The notes: a model not told the origin generated them from the letters alone. 64,000 bases of DNA from Eledone cirrhosa (GCA_964016885.1 OZ024743.1:288982001-289046000), one strand, 5' to 3'; positions 39,041 to 53,257 are shown, counted from the stretch's first letter. Numbers and translations are program-made.

Positions 39041-40769
39041 AGAACGAGAAAGCGAAGCTGGAGATGAGGAAGGGCGAGAGTGTTGATGATGATGATTACA
39101 ACGATGATCATATTAATGATACTGCTGATGTTGAAAGGGATCTTGATGACAATGATGTTAATATGGGGATGGTGTCAATGAAAAGTTAATAAAACCGATT
39201 TCTTACTCGTTGTCCACTCTCTTACTTTTGCCATCATCATCATCATCATTGTTATTAACGTTTTCATCATCGTCTTCGTCACTTTTACAATGACTCTATC
39301 CTTCTATGCTAGTTTACTTGCTATTCAACCATTCGTATTAAAAAAAAACACTGCTCCAACACCACAGCCATTATTACATTGTGATAATTCAACCAATATC
39401 ATAATCATTGTTCGAGAATAACTCTTCGATCTTATTGATCCTTGAAATGAGCTATACAAAGTCGAAATAAACAATTTCTCTTTGATTCACAAAATAATGA
39501 GGCGGAATGTAATGTCAAGCCTCTTTTTATCCAATGAATAAATGATCCTCACAATCATTTTGCGGATACCGTAAATGTATTGTATGTATGCATACATGTA
39601 TGAATGAGTGTATGCATTTATGTATGCATGTATATATATGTGTATATATATTTATATATATATATGGATGTATGTATATGATATATCCAACAAAAAGGCG
39701 TACCTATTTTGCGCATTATTCATGATGTGACCATCTCATCTATGAAAGTTTTTTCAGGAAGCAGCCGAAATACATGTCTGTGTGACTAAATATGTGTAAT
39801 AGTCATGGCGTCCTGAGTTACACATTTTTAAACTATAGTAAAAGCTCCTAGGTAGATATGGGTAAATGGAATGGTATATTGGAGGGTCGGAATAGCGATA
39901 AAGAAGAAGAGTGGCAAGAGATTCTTAAATCTGATCAAAACTTTAAACCGTATGGCAGATATCGGCTCAATCACTCGCATGCATTAACATAGACTTAGGC
40001 ATTTTACATCGTGTCTTTCAGATAGTAAGGATATTTATTACTACAGCGAATTTGAGTTGCTCATATTTTCATCGGATTGTCTGTGCTGACCTTATATTCG
40101 TATGTTGTAGCTGGGTCACATATGCTAGGATCCGGTTATGAGAAGCTGAATTCAGACGTTTCGGGGCAGAAAGCTTATTTTATGATAGTATCAGTGATCT
40201 AGTTAAGCGACTGTTGTGTGAGTTTGAAATCGAAAATTAACGTAAAGTATCGTAGAAAAATGGGTGTAAAAACAAGCAAACAAGAATGGAAATGAATAGC
40301 TGATTTAGAGGAAGCTGAAAGAAAACACTTCTCAGTCAAAAATACGTATAAAGTACCTAGGATGATATAACCGGCAGGATGTGCCTGTGCTGTTTCCTTA
40401 GCAATTGAACGTCTGTCAATTCTGGTGATATATCTTCCAATTATTTGACTAATTGAATGATCTGCACATGAAATTAATGTGCAAATGGCTGAGTATTTAA
40501 ATGACGCGAGTACGTTTACCACAATTCTCAGGAAAATTTAGCATGATATATTCAGATGAGTAGGCTAGAATAAATACCTTCGCAAGAACAAAACATGCAT
40601 TGAACTAGCGATCTTATGACCATGAGCCAAACTCCATAAACACATGGTTATGTGTCTTCACTACACACCTACCTACATAAATCAACTTTACTTAGTGCTT
40701 ATATTCGAATCAATTATTGGATTAGAGCGATAGGTGAACCAATTTACAGTATTTCGTTATTGTGCTCTG

Positions 40770-40920
40770 TATAACTGAATATAAATTCCGCCGAGGCCAA
40801 CTTTTCTTTTCAATCATCCGCGCTTGATATAATAAAGTACTGGGTTCAATATAATAGGTTTGTCTTCTCTCCGTAAACTACTGGCTCTGTACTTAAATTA
40901 GAAAACATTATTATTAATAT

Positions 40921-40958
<38 letters not shown>

Positions 40959-40984
40959 TGTTGTTGTTGTAGTAGTAGTAGTAG

Positions 40985-41047
<63 letters not shown>

Positions 41048-41088
41048 GAGGAGGAGGAGGAGGAGGAGGAGGAGGAGGAGGAAGAAGA
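40770..41088 (+). repeat. Diverged SINE A 3' portion whose tail runs into a (TAG)n/(GAG)n microsatellite
   Basis: AAATTCCGCCGAGGCCAACTTT...ATAAAGTAC...CTGGCTCTGTACTTAAATTAGAAAACATTATT, then (GTA)n and (GGA)n. Confidence 0.6.
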
Positions 41089-41350
41089 GATTATACGTTT
41101 TAGTGGGCTATTATATTACTACTTGGAAATTTTCTTCTGAACTTGAAATAAAAAAGATGACGTTTAGGAAATAAAAGCAAGCAAATTCGCCAATGTGACC
41201 ACCCGAATCTGTTTGTGTTAAACGTTTTGATACTCACTTTCTCTCTCCTCCCCTCCTCTCCCACACTCACATTTACATTCGTTATTATATTTAAACTGTA
41301 CTTCGATATTGAGTATTCATTCTCACATACGTCACCACCACACGGATATA

Positions 41351-41448
<98 letters not shown>

Positions 41449-41470
41449 CCTACCTACCTAGCTCTCTCTC
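41351..41470. repeat. (TATC)n-(TACC)n-(TC)n tract at the 5' boundary of the Tx1-like element
   Basis: Direct reading; ATATCTATCTGTC resumes after the element at ~47311. Confidence 0.9.
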
Positions 41471-41672
41471 TACTAGACGTGTAACTTCGCGGAGAAGTTT
41501 CCGTTATTTTATGTAAGAAAAAAACGTGAGTTTTCAGTTAAATTTTATATTATTGTGGACCTTCAGGTGGTGGGTCAACTCATTTTCGCCCCTACAGGTG
41601 CGAAATATTCGTTTGAAAAATTTTTTCTCCATCGAATTTTGGAAAAAATATCGTAAGAAGTTTGATTTCGTT

Positions 41673-43602
41673 ATGAACGCTGCGTTCAACGATAATGGTG
41701 GTGGAGAGTCGGTAAGACTACATAGCTCGCAGTCAACATCGTCTTCTTCCTTAGATACTATGGAGATGGAAAGACGAAATGAAATTGTAAAAACAAATTC
41801 ATATCCAAACAACTCAAATGACACCAAACAGTTCAATGACAACAAAAATAACAACAACAACACCAATAATGATGATAAAAACAACAATGACAACAACAAC
41901 AAAGAAAAAAATAAAGACAACACCAATAACACCAGCATCAAAGACAACAACAACACCAACACCAACACCAAGGAAAATACGAATAATATCAACATCAGTG
42001 ACAACAAGAATAACAACAACAATAACAACAATAATGACAACACCACCAACACGGATAATTCCACAAAGAAACCAAAAATCTCCTTTGCACAGACACTTCA
42101 GAGAAAGGAGGAGCTGACATATCTCGACATAACAAATGCCGAACAACTTTTAAAGGACGCTAGGAGATATGTCACTTTCGAAAAAAATGGTGCTTTCAGC
42201 ATTAATTCTCCGGTAGAAATTCGCAAGGAAACTGCTCTCAAAACGATAGTTGTTAGGACAGTTTCCAATTCTACCCGAAAACCAGTCCAATTGTCACAGA
42301 AAGAAATTGAACTGGTTTTCAAAAATTCAATGACTGATATTTCATTCATTCAAAGAAGCAAACTCTTTGGGAGTATTTCGGTACTCATGAAGGATCAATT
42401 GACGGCCCAAAATTACTCTGTGTCGCCAATTGTATCCAACCTGTATACCTTTTTCCTTACATACATGGGAAAAAGGACACAAAAGATTAAAATCACCAGT
42501 GTCACACCAAAGGTGAACATATGGTGGATACTGTGCGGCTTCATCAATTTTGATGAAGACAGAATACTGTCAGTAGGAAAGTCCCCCATAGATGTATTCA
42601 ATGGGACTAGCCTTGAAGTTCTGGTACAAATAAGCCCAGAGCGAATAGCTATGATTCCACAACGTGTACTCCTGGACGGACTCACCTACATAAACTTTTC
42701 GGTTGAGGGTAGGCGGCCTTCATGTTACCATTGCTTTAGCATGGGTCACCTGTGGGCTTCCTGTCCTAAATTAATACAAGTAAAAAAAAGGCTCTTCTGC
42801 CGACACCCATCAAAACAACACAACCACCAACACCACCACAACAACACCAACACACAAAAATAAACACAACAAGCACGGTCCCACCCAACCCCACTCCACC
42901 TAAAACCACTGCAAAATCACATACAGACACAACAGCTCCGCAAGACATACCCCTCTTCAATCACACAGACGATACAACAGATGAGGCTATCTCGCCATCA
43001 CCCAGTGAAGACAAGGGAGAACCCCATCGCTCGAAAAGAAAGAAAGGACATCACAAAAGCAAAAAACCAGCAAACACTACCACAAACATACAACCACCAA
43101 CACAAACAACAAAAACATCACAAACAAAACCCCCACCTCCTGAAAACAAAATACCTACAACAAAACGAAAGCACACACAAGAACTACAGACAAAAACAAA
43201 CACAACACAAGAAAATTACACTTACACTTACATAAACACTGAAAACAAAACGCTAATGGAGACCATCACGAACTACCCTTCGGTGAAAACCGAAGGGAAA
43301 CTTTCACCCACTCTATTAAAAATAACAAAAAACTGAACCTAAAACTGATTAGGGTCCCTATACAAACTTATAGGTCCCTAAAAGAAACATTTGAAAAGGA
43401 TGTGGGGAACTCCTGCGTGAAACCACTTAACCGCGTCCTTCTCAAATGTATCCCCATCCCAGACACCCCCATCCCACCAGACCCCACCCCACCAAACATC
43501 TCCGTCCCCACCCCGCCGGAATCCACCACCCACCCAGACAACCCCTCCAACACCCTCATGGAAATCGTGCAGCCTGGTCCCCAGAAGACGAAGGGTGAGT
43601 GA
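41673..43602 (+). pseudogene. ORF1 (gag-like): Asn/Thr-rich N-terminus, CCHC knuckle, Pro/Thr-rich frameshifted C-terminal tail
   Basis: VEGRRPSCYHCFSMGHLWASCP; open to 42863, then frameshifted low-complexity tail to TGA at 43600-43602. Confidence 0.78.
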
Positions 43603-43635
43603 TCTCTTTTCCTCTTTTAACTTTTCAGCACCAAC

Positions 43636-46600
43636 ATGGCCAATATAAGAGTTGGATGTGTGAACGTACGCGGCCTGGGGATGCCCTGGAAACAGGGCAA
43701 ACTCTTAAACGACCTAAGGTCGCACAGTATGGATGTGGTAGCCATTTGCGAGTCCAGGATCCACAGCGAGCGACATCTGGCCCCCATCTTCGATGACTTT
43801 GAGTTCTACGCATCTCTCTGTCGACCGGGGGTGGGAGAGGAGTTGCCGTTTTGCTGCGGAAACACCTGGGTCTCGTAACACAGACGGTACATCTGGACCC
43901 AGAGGGTCGACTGGTGGTCCTAGACGTTGACGGTAGTGAAAGTGGAGCCTTCAGGCTGGTGGCCGCATATGCCCCATCCGGGACACCGCGGCCAGACTCC
44001 TTCAAACGTCTATAGACTTTTCTGGGAACCCCCGCTCCTTGCATTTAGTGGGGGGACTGGAATGGAATCCTAGATGCACGTTGGGACTATGTGGGAGCAT
44101 GCCCCTATAAAGGGGGTTGTAACAGCCTCAAACAGTTAATCGACCGATTTGACCTGGCCGATAGATATCGACTAGATTTTCCGACTGTGCCACTGTGGAC
44201 GTGGACTAATCGTAGCGGAACATCTAGATCGTACCTAGATAGGGTTCTAGTTAGAAATAAGGATAGGGACATGTTAAGCTGTCCACAAATGTTCATGGTT
44301 GCCTATTCAGATCACAAACTAGTGACCTGCATGGCCAAACTTGATAGAACCCATAGACAAGGACCCGGCTACTGGAAGCTGAACATGTCGTTACCGACAA
44401 GCAAATCCTACAGTAGACGGAGTAGCACTTTAGTTAAACATCACTTGACAGGGGCCATTGTCAACAACAGATGGTGGTACTCTCTCAAGAGGGCAGTTAG
44501 ATTAGACTCGTTAGTTTTTAGTAAAGAATTAGCGTTAGATAGAAATAGAACCTAGAAGGAACTGGTAGATAAAGTAGAAGAGGCAATTAGAAGTGGCAAC
44601 GTAGCCAGCGTGCTAGCAACGAGAACGGTCTTGGACCAGTTCTTTGACGCAAAGCACGAGGGCTGCGTTGTCAGAAGCAAAATACGTGCTCTGGGAAACG
44701 AGGGAGCCAAAGCTGTTAGCTGGGCCCGAGAGATGGAGGCAAAAAGTGGCAACAAGTCCAGGATTCGGTCTTTGAAGGACCAAAACGGACGCGTGATACG
44801 TGAGCCGAAGCAGATGTGTTCGGCCTTTCAGCGGCACTTTGCTCAACTGTTCGGGCGGGGCGGCGTGCCGGGAGGGGCTATGGATTTCGGTCCATACCTC
44901 GACGGCCTACCGCGACTCTCGGACAGCGAGGCAAAGTTCTGCGAAAAGCCGATTTCAGCCGCTGAGATAGGGGACGCGCTGAGCCAATGCGGCAAACGCG
45001 AATCTCCAGGTCTCGACGGTCTACCCTACGAATTTTACGTAGCAATGCCGGACTTATTCTCCGGTCTCCTGGAAGCGGTCTACTGCAACTGGCAACAGAA
45101 CGGGAGAATTCCCAGTTCTGTGACCGGGGGCGTAGTCACACTAGTCAGGAAGGACGAGATTAAAAGGGATGACATAGGCAACTTCCGGCCCATAACTCTG
45201 CTAAATACAGAGTTACAGATTTTGGCCAATGTGTTGGAAAAGAGGCTGGCGCTTGTCGTCGAGAACCTGGTGGGAGAAGCGCAGACATGCGCAATCCCGA
45301 CCTGGTCCATACACGACAACCTCCACCTCATGCGATACATCACAGAGAGCGTAGGTTGTAAACCAGGCTTCGGTGGGGCCCTGATCAACTTGGATCAGTC
45401 TAAGGCTTTCGATAGGGTTGACCATCGTTACCTGGAGGCGGTGCTCGAGGCGGCAGGCTTCGGACCCGTGTTCAGCGGCTGGATAGCTGCAATGCACAAC
45501 AGCAACATCTGCTCAAGGGTCAAGGTGAACGGCTACCTCTCGGAGCCGTTCCATATTACACGATCCATTCGACAGGGATGCCCTCTCTCCTCCCTTCTGT
45601 ACGTACTGACTCTCGAGCCACTACTGCGAAAGTTGGAGCTATTGCAGGGCATCCCTCTGGAACTGGGACTGCGGAAAGCGGCGTCGGCCTACGCTGACGA
45701 CGTGACAATAATGGTGTCGACTGCCTCGCAAATCGAGTAAGTCGGCACCTTACTGAAGGAATACGAAAGTTTCACAGGAGCGAAGCTGAACCGGGACAGT
45801 CCATCGGTTTGCAACTCGGATCGTCGAGAGGCAAACCGATGCCTTCCGATTGCGTCGTCGGACGCTGGACGGAAGGAGCGGTAAAGCTGCTCGGGGTCTG
45901 GTTTGGTCAGGACCTCCAGGTGGAGAAGAACTGGAACGAAGTGACGGACAAGGTGTTTGCACTCACCCAGAAGTGGGCCGTGTGCAAACCATCCTTGAAA
46001 GGTCGAGGAGCGGAGGTGGCGAAGACTTTTATAGCGTCCGCCATCTACTACCGCTTGACCGTCGTTCCTTGTCCAGCCAAAACGCTTGCCAATATGGAGC
46101 GCGCGCTCTTCCAATTCCTTTGGAGTGGCGGGCTCCTTTGGTGAGAAGATCCATCTGCTGCCAACACCCTTCTAACGGAGGACTGGGGATGCCGTGGTTG
46201 ACGAGGCGCAAAAACGCGCTCAGGCTGCGGCATCTCTACGTATTCCTCACCGGACAACCGGTGTGGGCCCCGTTCGTGAATCGAGCCTTCCCACGACTCG
46301 TCTCGCTAACCGAGCTGCTGCCCTGGGTCATGCAAAGACCGAGGAAAATGGGCGACTGGCACATCGAATGTGCTCAGGCGCTCACAGCCCTCTGGCAGGC
46401 GGACCTGGCGATCAGTGGAGACTCCACTTTGTCATTCTATAGAGGGTTGATCCGCAGCAAGTGCGACGACGTGCTCGGTGAAATTCTAGGCGTAGAGGAA
46501 GATGAACTGGCCAGTCTATTCGGTAGGACCTTCCGCCCGGGACCGATGGACAACTTCCAAAAGTCCCTGACCTGGCAGTGCTACCGAGGAGCTCTGCCAG

Positions 46601-47073
46601 TTCGAGACAAGCTCTACAGACATGGACGCCCTGGCAGGGACCCTGCAAAAAAGATCTGTCCGAGGTGCGTGCGTAACGAAGAAACCGTCGCGCACGCATT
46701 GATACACTACCCGGGCGTCACTGACCTGTGGGGCTATGTAGAACGACTATTGTCGCAGATGGGACCAATCCTGTTGACCACCGAGTCCATTGTCATGATC
46801 AAACCGCCACCCTCCTTCAAAAACGAAGGAGAGGCGGTTTTCCTTTGTGTGATAGCTATGGCGAAAGAGGTTGCATGGTGGACGAGGTTAAAAGGGCTGA
46901 GGTCAGACACCTTTCTCTCCCGCCAACAACCGATTCTTTTTTTTAAATACCTCTTTGGAAGAAGAATCAGGATGGAGAGAGAGGTGCTGTACTCCAGCAA
47001 GTTTTATGGACGGTGGGGGAAAGTGGCGAGAATGGCCCGAGTGAATGGGCCTTCTCTTTATATCAGCCTGTAG
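43636..47073 (+). pseudogene. ORF2 (APE endonuclease, reverse transcriptase, C-terminal zinc finger) with stops and frameshifts
   Basis: VGCVNVRGL, AICESR, GDWNG, WTWTN..SRSYLDRVLV, SDHKLV, GPGYWKLN; NFRPITLLN, LDQSKAFDRVDH, RQGCPLS, AYADDVT, VKLLGVWF, GGLGMP, CPRC..EETVAHAL. Confidence 0.92.
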
Positions 47074-49576
47074 GTTGAGGAAAAAGAGGAAGAGAGGAAA
47101 TGGGTACTCACTCTTCGTACTCCTGCAGATGAGGGTTGCACATTTTTTCGGGGGTATGTGTTACTCATATGTAATGTCTCCCCCTATTGGGGAAAATAGA
47201 TTAATTTTTCAATTGCATTTGTGATAGTATTTTACACGTTTTTATTGTATGTAAACGTCCGCCTTTGTATTTGTCCCCTTCTTTTGTGCCCCTGTGGCTA
47301 ATAAAGAAACATATCTATCTGTCGGTCTGTCTATATATATATGTATGTATGTGTATGTGTGCGTGTGGGAGTATGTGTGTGTCTGTGTGTATGCGTGTGT
47401 GTGTATGCTTGTGTTGTATATGCGTGTATGTGTGCTTACAAATTATGCTTTGTTTCTTTGTGCTTCGTGTATGTACGAAATAGAATGTGTGACTTTGATT
47501 GAGAAGAATGAGTAAGAAAGACTGAAAATCCAAATTCTAGCAAAATGGTTTGTTTTACAACTGTGGTTGTGGTGATAGTAATAATAATTATTGTGGTGGT
47601 AGAAGAGTTCGTAGCACTGATAGTGTATTATAAAGGGAGTTGGTAAGATATATTTGCGCAGTAGTAGGGGTGGTGAGGTATGATGGGTGAGAAAATAAAC
47701 CCATTCTCCTACTCGCATAGCACCAGTGTTTATAATAATCCGGTTGTGATACTAAACAGCGTTGTCATTTGATGATGTCAGATTCAGCCGGTCAATTATC
47801 ACCTCGAGGCCTCACTCGATGACCAGTGTCCAGATAATAGAGTCTCAGCCAGTCCTTTCGACTACATCTTCGTTAAAATACAATGGCAGTTTTCATTATC
47901 GTTTTTCTTTATGTCCAGAAGTAGGTCACAAGCGAAATTAATTTTCCTGACCATTTGCAAACAGTTCAGCGACAAGTTTTCTCTCTTTAACTCTCAACAA
48001 GAAAATAAGAGAGAATAATAAATATATAAATAAGTAAATAAATACGGAAAGAATGGAAGAAATGAAAAGAAAAACCAAAAGGAATACAAAGAGAATACAA
48101 AGAGAATACACGGCTGTGTGTGCTGAGAATTTGTGCCAATCCACCTCACAGAGAAATTGGAAATCATGGCATATTGGTCATGGGAATTTAACATATTATT
48201 TTGTTACTTCTGTGAAAATGGAATTTCTCATGTATTTTAACACCTAACTTCAATATAAATATTTTGGAGGAATTTCTCCTCCCCCATGTGCCAGAGGGAA
48301 TGGTACAACTTTAAATACGAAACATAAGAAAATGTTTCATCGAACTTAACTTTTCTATTCATTCGTACTGGATCGATAAATGAAGCACGACTCAAGGACT
48401 GGTGGATTCGCTAGAGCACCGGAGACGATGACATGCGGTATTTTTTCAGGTTTCTGCATTATGAATTCCACTGTCTCCTTGATCCATGCATATGGTGGAC
48501 ATATTCCTTAATCCGCTCAAACGCCATCACCTCGATCTCTTGTACATTCGCGAATTCCAATCGTTTCCCATCATTCTGACCAGGTGCTTGGTTTGTGGTA
48601 TACACTCATCCCTCACTCACACCAGTCTAAGGACCCTGCAAGGTGCCACAGACAAGCCTTTCCCTATCTAATTTATGTAAAATAATATTTCCCTGTAAAT
48701 CGAGATATATTAGCCTTGAGGGTGTTTGATGTTATATAATGTTTACTACTTTGTCAAGGAAAGAAAGGGAGATATCATAGCCATGTTCATGGCTTCACTG
48801 AGACTGGTGGAAGGAAGAATATGTCCTCAAACCTAGCCTAAATACTTTCAATAGTGGACTCCACTGAAGGCCGTTATAGGGCATGTGGTAAGTGTTAAGC
48901 CAAGTAAGAGATTAAGCTTGCCACCTAACTAAATCACAGAAAGAGTAGGACACAATACTTTATGGAATCTCATGCAAATCTCTAATAATTCCGCTAGTCC
49001 CCAGCATTTGTCGACTAATTTATTTTATCGACATCGGGAGGATGTAAGTTAGCTGAGTAACCATGGGAAAGCAACAAATAATAGTATTTCAGGATCATTA
49101 TCCATCTTCAGTGACGTTTTCTAACTCTATACTGAGACAGATAAGTTGATAACATATGCATAGGCGCTGCAAATATTACATTTATGAAGATGCAACTTTG
49201 TATATAGTGCCGAGTACCGAGGCGTATAGACAAGCATATGCTATATATTTATGTATAATAATCAGACACAACTTTCGCTGTGAGAATATTAAATGGCGAT
49301 CGTGAGAAGTTTATCGCAGATTCGAGTGAATAAACCTACTTGAAGACGGACAAAGTCACTTAAATACTAGTATTTGTTTTTCTCACGCGGTAATCGAGGT
49401 AGCTCTGACATGATCACTGCTTAAAGTACCTATAGGCAAACCTATGCAAGTTTATCACACATAAACATATTGTATATGCTTACATATACACCACATTTAC
49501 TGTCTCACTTCCTCTCCCCTCTCTCTCCACTTCTTTCTCTCTCCACCTCTTTCTCTCGCCACTTCTCTCTCTCTCA

Positions 49577-49610
<34 letters not shown>

Positions 49611-49665
49611 CTTTATACATATATATATATCTGTGTGAGTGTGTCTGCATACATATATGTATGTA

Positions 49666-49701
<36 letters not shown>

Positions 49702-50731
49702 GTGTATATATATAAATACATAAACATATACATGCATACATACATAGATGTGATTGTATGTGTCAGTCATTTCGGTGCATGAATGTCTGATAGATGATCA
49801 CAAATTTCTTGTTCGGAATTCCTTGTAACTTCAACCTCACCAGCCATAAACGAAACAGATCTCATGTAACACCTAGCGCCATCTCGTGATTGAAACGAGA
49901 AATCCACACTTAAACTGGAATAATTATCTCCCCAATTATATTGTGATCTTTCGCTTTCCGAGATGCGTTCATTAGAAAATATTATATCTTTGATTTGTGA
50001 AACTACTAAAGCAACGAACACACTGAATTTATATGAATATATATATGCATACATATGCACACACATACATACTCACACACACACACACACACACGCACAT
50101 ATATATATATATATATGGATATATATCTATTGGGGTATGTGCATGTATATAAATATATAATTATTAATATATATATATGTGTGTGTGTATGTATATAGAT
50201 ATATATGTATATATTTGTATATGTATATATATAAAAAGGATATAGTAGACATGTATGGACATGTATACACATTTTCTGAGGAGGGTCCAATTAGATCCGA
50301 ACATCGATTAAAGTTATTTTTTTATCATTTTCTCAACTTACAAAAAAATTCGTATTTTCTGACTTGATTATATATATATATATATATAAAAATATATATG
50401 TCTGTGTGGAGGAGGGGGGGGGGGTTATCTGTGTGTGTGTCTCTGTCTGTGTGGGGATGACAAGGTGGGAGGTTGATCTAATACTAGCTTCCCTGACAAG
50501 TTGAATTTTATAGTCATTTGACATGCTGAGCGTTAACATTAACCAAAATAACCTTTTACCCTACTCCGATATTCAATTTCTTAATTCATAATTTTACACG
50601 GTACGAACTACATACGTACTCATATATACACACACATATATATGTATCACTCTCTCTCTCCCTCTCCCTCTCCCTCTCTCACCTCTCTCTCTCTCCCTCA
50701 CTCTGTATATATATATATATATATATATATA

Positions 50732-50896
50732 AGAAAAAGGGTGTGGTAAGACACGACGTGAACGTACCAGAGTACTCGATACTTGGGGTAGTAGAATGGG
50801 TAATATGAAAAGATTCAGGACCCTGACGGCTGAGTTCCGGCCGTTTCGACATGTCGAAACGGCCGGAGCTCAGCCGTCGGGGTCCTGAATCTTTTC

Positions 50897-50899
<3 letters not shown>
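50732..50899 (-). mobile_element. Fold-back PLE remnant: 45-bp arms (50807-50851 / 50852-50896) with hammerhead 3' halves, plus tail
   Basis: Loopless palindrome centred on GTTTCGACA|TGTCGAAAC; each arm reads GAAACGGC...GCCGTC (5-bp stem III, GUC site); tail carries GTATCGAGTAC. Confidence 0.78.
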
Positions 50900-50932
<33 letters not shown>

Positions 50933-51125
50933 GAACGAGAGAGTTGTGGGAGAGGGAGAAAGAATCACACGCACAGAAATATATATATAAATATATATGA
51001 TATAGGAGGTGAGTTTTATTGAAGCACAATAAAGCAATGCACATATCGGATAAGTAGCACCCCATAGTTTATAGGACTGGAATATAAATAATATAAGATC
51101 AAAAGATGGTTAAAAGAGTTCCAAG

Positions 51126-51196
51126 TATTTTATTATGCGCATTTCAAAAACAAATATCATCATGGGATGATATTTGCATTCTCATCAGATAAAATA
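51126..51196 (-). ncRNA. Type I hammerhead ribozyme in the inverted pLTR
   Basis: Stem I UAUUUUAU/AUAAAAUA; CUGAUGA; stem II CAAAUAUCAUC-CCAU-GAUGAUAUUUG; GAAAU-GCGC-AUA. Confidence 0.82.
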
Positions 51197-52199
51197 GGGA
51201 GACATGATATGAAGCTTAAAAAACACTTGCGAGCAGTGAAGTGTAAAATCAACATATGAAAAATAAAGTAAGATGGAAATATGAGATTGTGGAAAAAAAG
51301 GAGGGGCGGGGTTAGGAAAAAGTAAGGAAGAGGAAGAAAGAAAATAAAGGATGACGGGGGATGAGTATAAGAAGGAAGGATGAGAGAGGAGGAGAAATGA
51401 GTGATAGAGAGAGAGAAATAGCCTTTACAACTGAGAAAACATTGTCTCACAGAGAGAAATTAAAAAACCGTTGAAAGATAATGGATAATTTAAAAAGAAT
51501 TTCAAATTAAAAGTTAATGAGATTTATGAATGGTGATGTTTATGAATAAAGAACAAGGAATATATTTATTTAAGGGTTGTATATCGAAGGGTTTAATAAT
51601 ATGTGCGAAAAAAAGAATTTATTAATATATATTATTAAAATTAAAATATTAAGGATATTAAGGATATAATATGAAGGAAGGAGAGATTGAATGAATTATG
51701 AACTTAGAGGAATTAGTTAGGGTTTAAGTTTGATTTTATGTATTGTAATATGTAAAAGTAAATAATATGTTTAATGCCTGTACGGAAGTAGAGAAGAAAG
51801 AAGAAAATTTAAGGAAGAAAAAATATCTAACGTCAAAAAGTATATATGTTTACAAAATGTTCTAATGGTAATATTATTATATATTAAAAAAGATATACTT
51901 TCTATGGCCAATAATATAAGAAAAAATGGAAAAATGGGAAATGTCATAGTGAGTATTAATATGAATTAAGAAGTAATTGAGAAGTAGAAGTTACAGATTA
52001 AAGATTAGAAATTAAAAAAGAAAAAAGGAAGAAAGGAAAAAGGATAAAAAGAAGAAAGATAGGGGACTTCTAACAACATAGAATGAGTAAATTGTATAAT
52101 ATAATATACAGAAATAAGGTAGAAAGATGGGTATATTTGTAAAAGATATAAAAGCGTTTCAGAAAAGAAGATTTTAAACTAATTAGGTATTGAGATATT

Positions 52200-53257
52200 A
52201 GCTGTATACTCTATGGAAAGTTCTATGGAATTTATGCAAGCAGAGCGAAAATAAATCCGTACGTCTATTTATTATAGAATTAAAATTAGATATAATAGTA
52301 AATTTCTCGACTAGGCAGAGATTACATGTTCAGTATAGGGAAGAATTCCGGTAAGGAAAAGCGTTGCCAACCTCCCTCCAAGAGATGTTATAGTTAATAT
52401 TTTTGTCTTTTAAGTACCATATGAGTTCCGAGAGTGCCGTGTTAGTTCTTTTAAGTTGGTATTTAAAAGACGATTTGTAAATATAAAATCTTGCTTTAAA
52501 GGAAGTGGAAGTGGAACCGAAATAGGTAAAAGAATTAGTACCAGTTATAATCTTACATTCATACACTAAGTTTTTATCAAGACATTGGTAATTAAGAGGA
52601 CATTTAGTTCTAACAGGGCAATTACAATTTCGATTAGAGAAATTAACAGATTTATTAACAAGTGACCTAGTATTATTTATAGAAGGAATTGGATTGGAGA
52701 AGTTATTTACGATAGGATCTATAGTTTCCTGATTTAGATTGGTGTTATGAACATTCATCGAAGTTACGTTTAACGTCGTATTTAAATTTATTGAATCTAG
52801 CCTAGAGTTAACATTGACGGCGGGATTACTATTGCTATTATTATGACGCTCAGTGTTGGATGGATATAATTTATTATTTAATATTTTATTATTGTGTATA
52901 GAGATAATGTTAGAGATGTTGGAAGTGGTGGAATAAGAGAATTTGATTGTATGTTTGTTAAAGATCTTACTATAGATATGCGAGAGAGCGAAGCATTTAT
53001 CTAAGGCCCTAAAGAATAGTTTAGGAATATTATTAGTAATAGATAGAGAGAAAGGAGCATTATACCAAATCATATTTTTGTATCTAGGTCTTTTATTTAA
53101 GTTATTGGAATGTTCATAATTAATTATTTTACTATAAGTCCTTCGATGATTGGTTTCTTTACTGTATTTAATTTTATCAGGATAACCGGCTTTGGAAAGC
53201 GAATTATTATAGTAATTAGCATTAGCGTCGAAGATAACTTTATTAGAGGATAGATTT
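52200..53257 (-). pseudogene. Inverted partial copy of the PLE ORF (RT thumb, Asn-rich linker, GIY-YIG)
   Basis: ORF 52330-53073: IWYNAPFS...CNCPVRTKCPLNYQC...LVYECKI...YFGSTSTSFKARF; frameshift near 52330. Confidence 0.88.

Larger units (their letters stand above)
41471..47308 (+). mobile_element. Near full-length L1-clade (Tx1-like) non-LTR retrotransposon, decayed
   Basis: ORF1 with gag-type knuckle; ORF2 with APE-RT-zinc finger; T-rich 3' UTR ending AATAAAGAA; TATC repeats on both flanks. Confidence 0.88.

Noticed and set aside
41534-42146. Hydrophobic minus-strand ORFs resembling membrane proteins
   Set aside because: They are antisense shadows of the AAC-rich Asn tract in Tx1 ORF1.
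49081-49116. Hammerhead-like motifs on the minus strand at 49081-49116 and 61828-61862
   Set aside because: Core and stem II are present but stem I or the cleavage triplet cannot be formed convincingly; probably decayed PLE remnants, so not counted.
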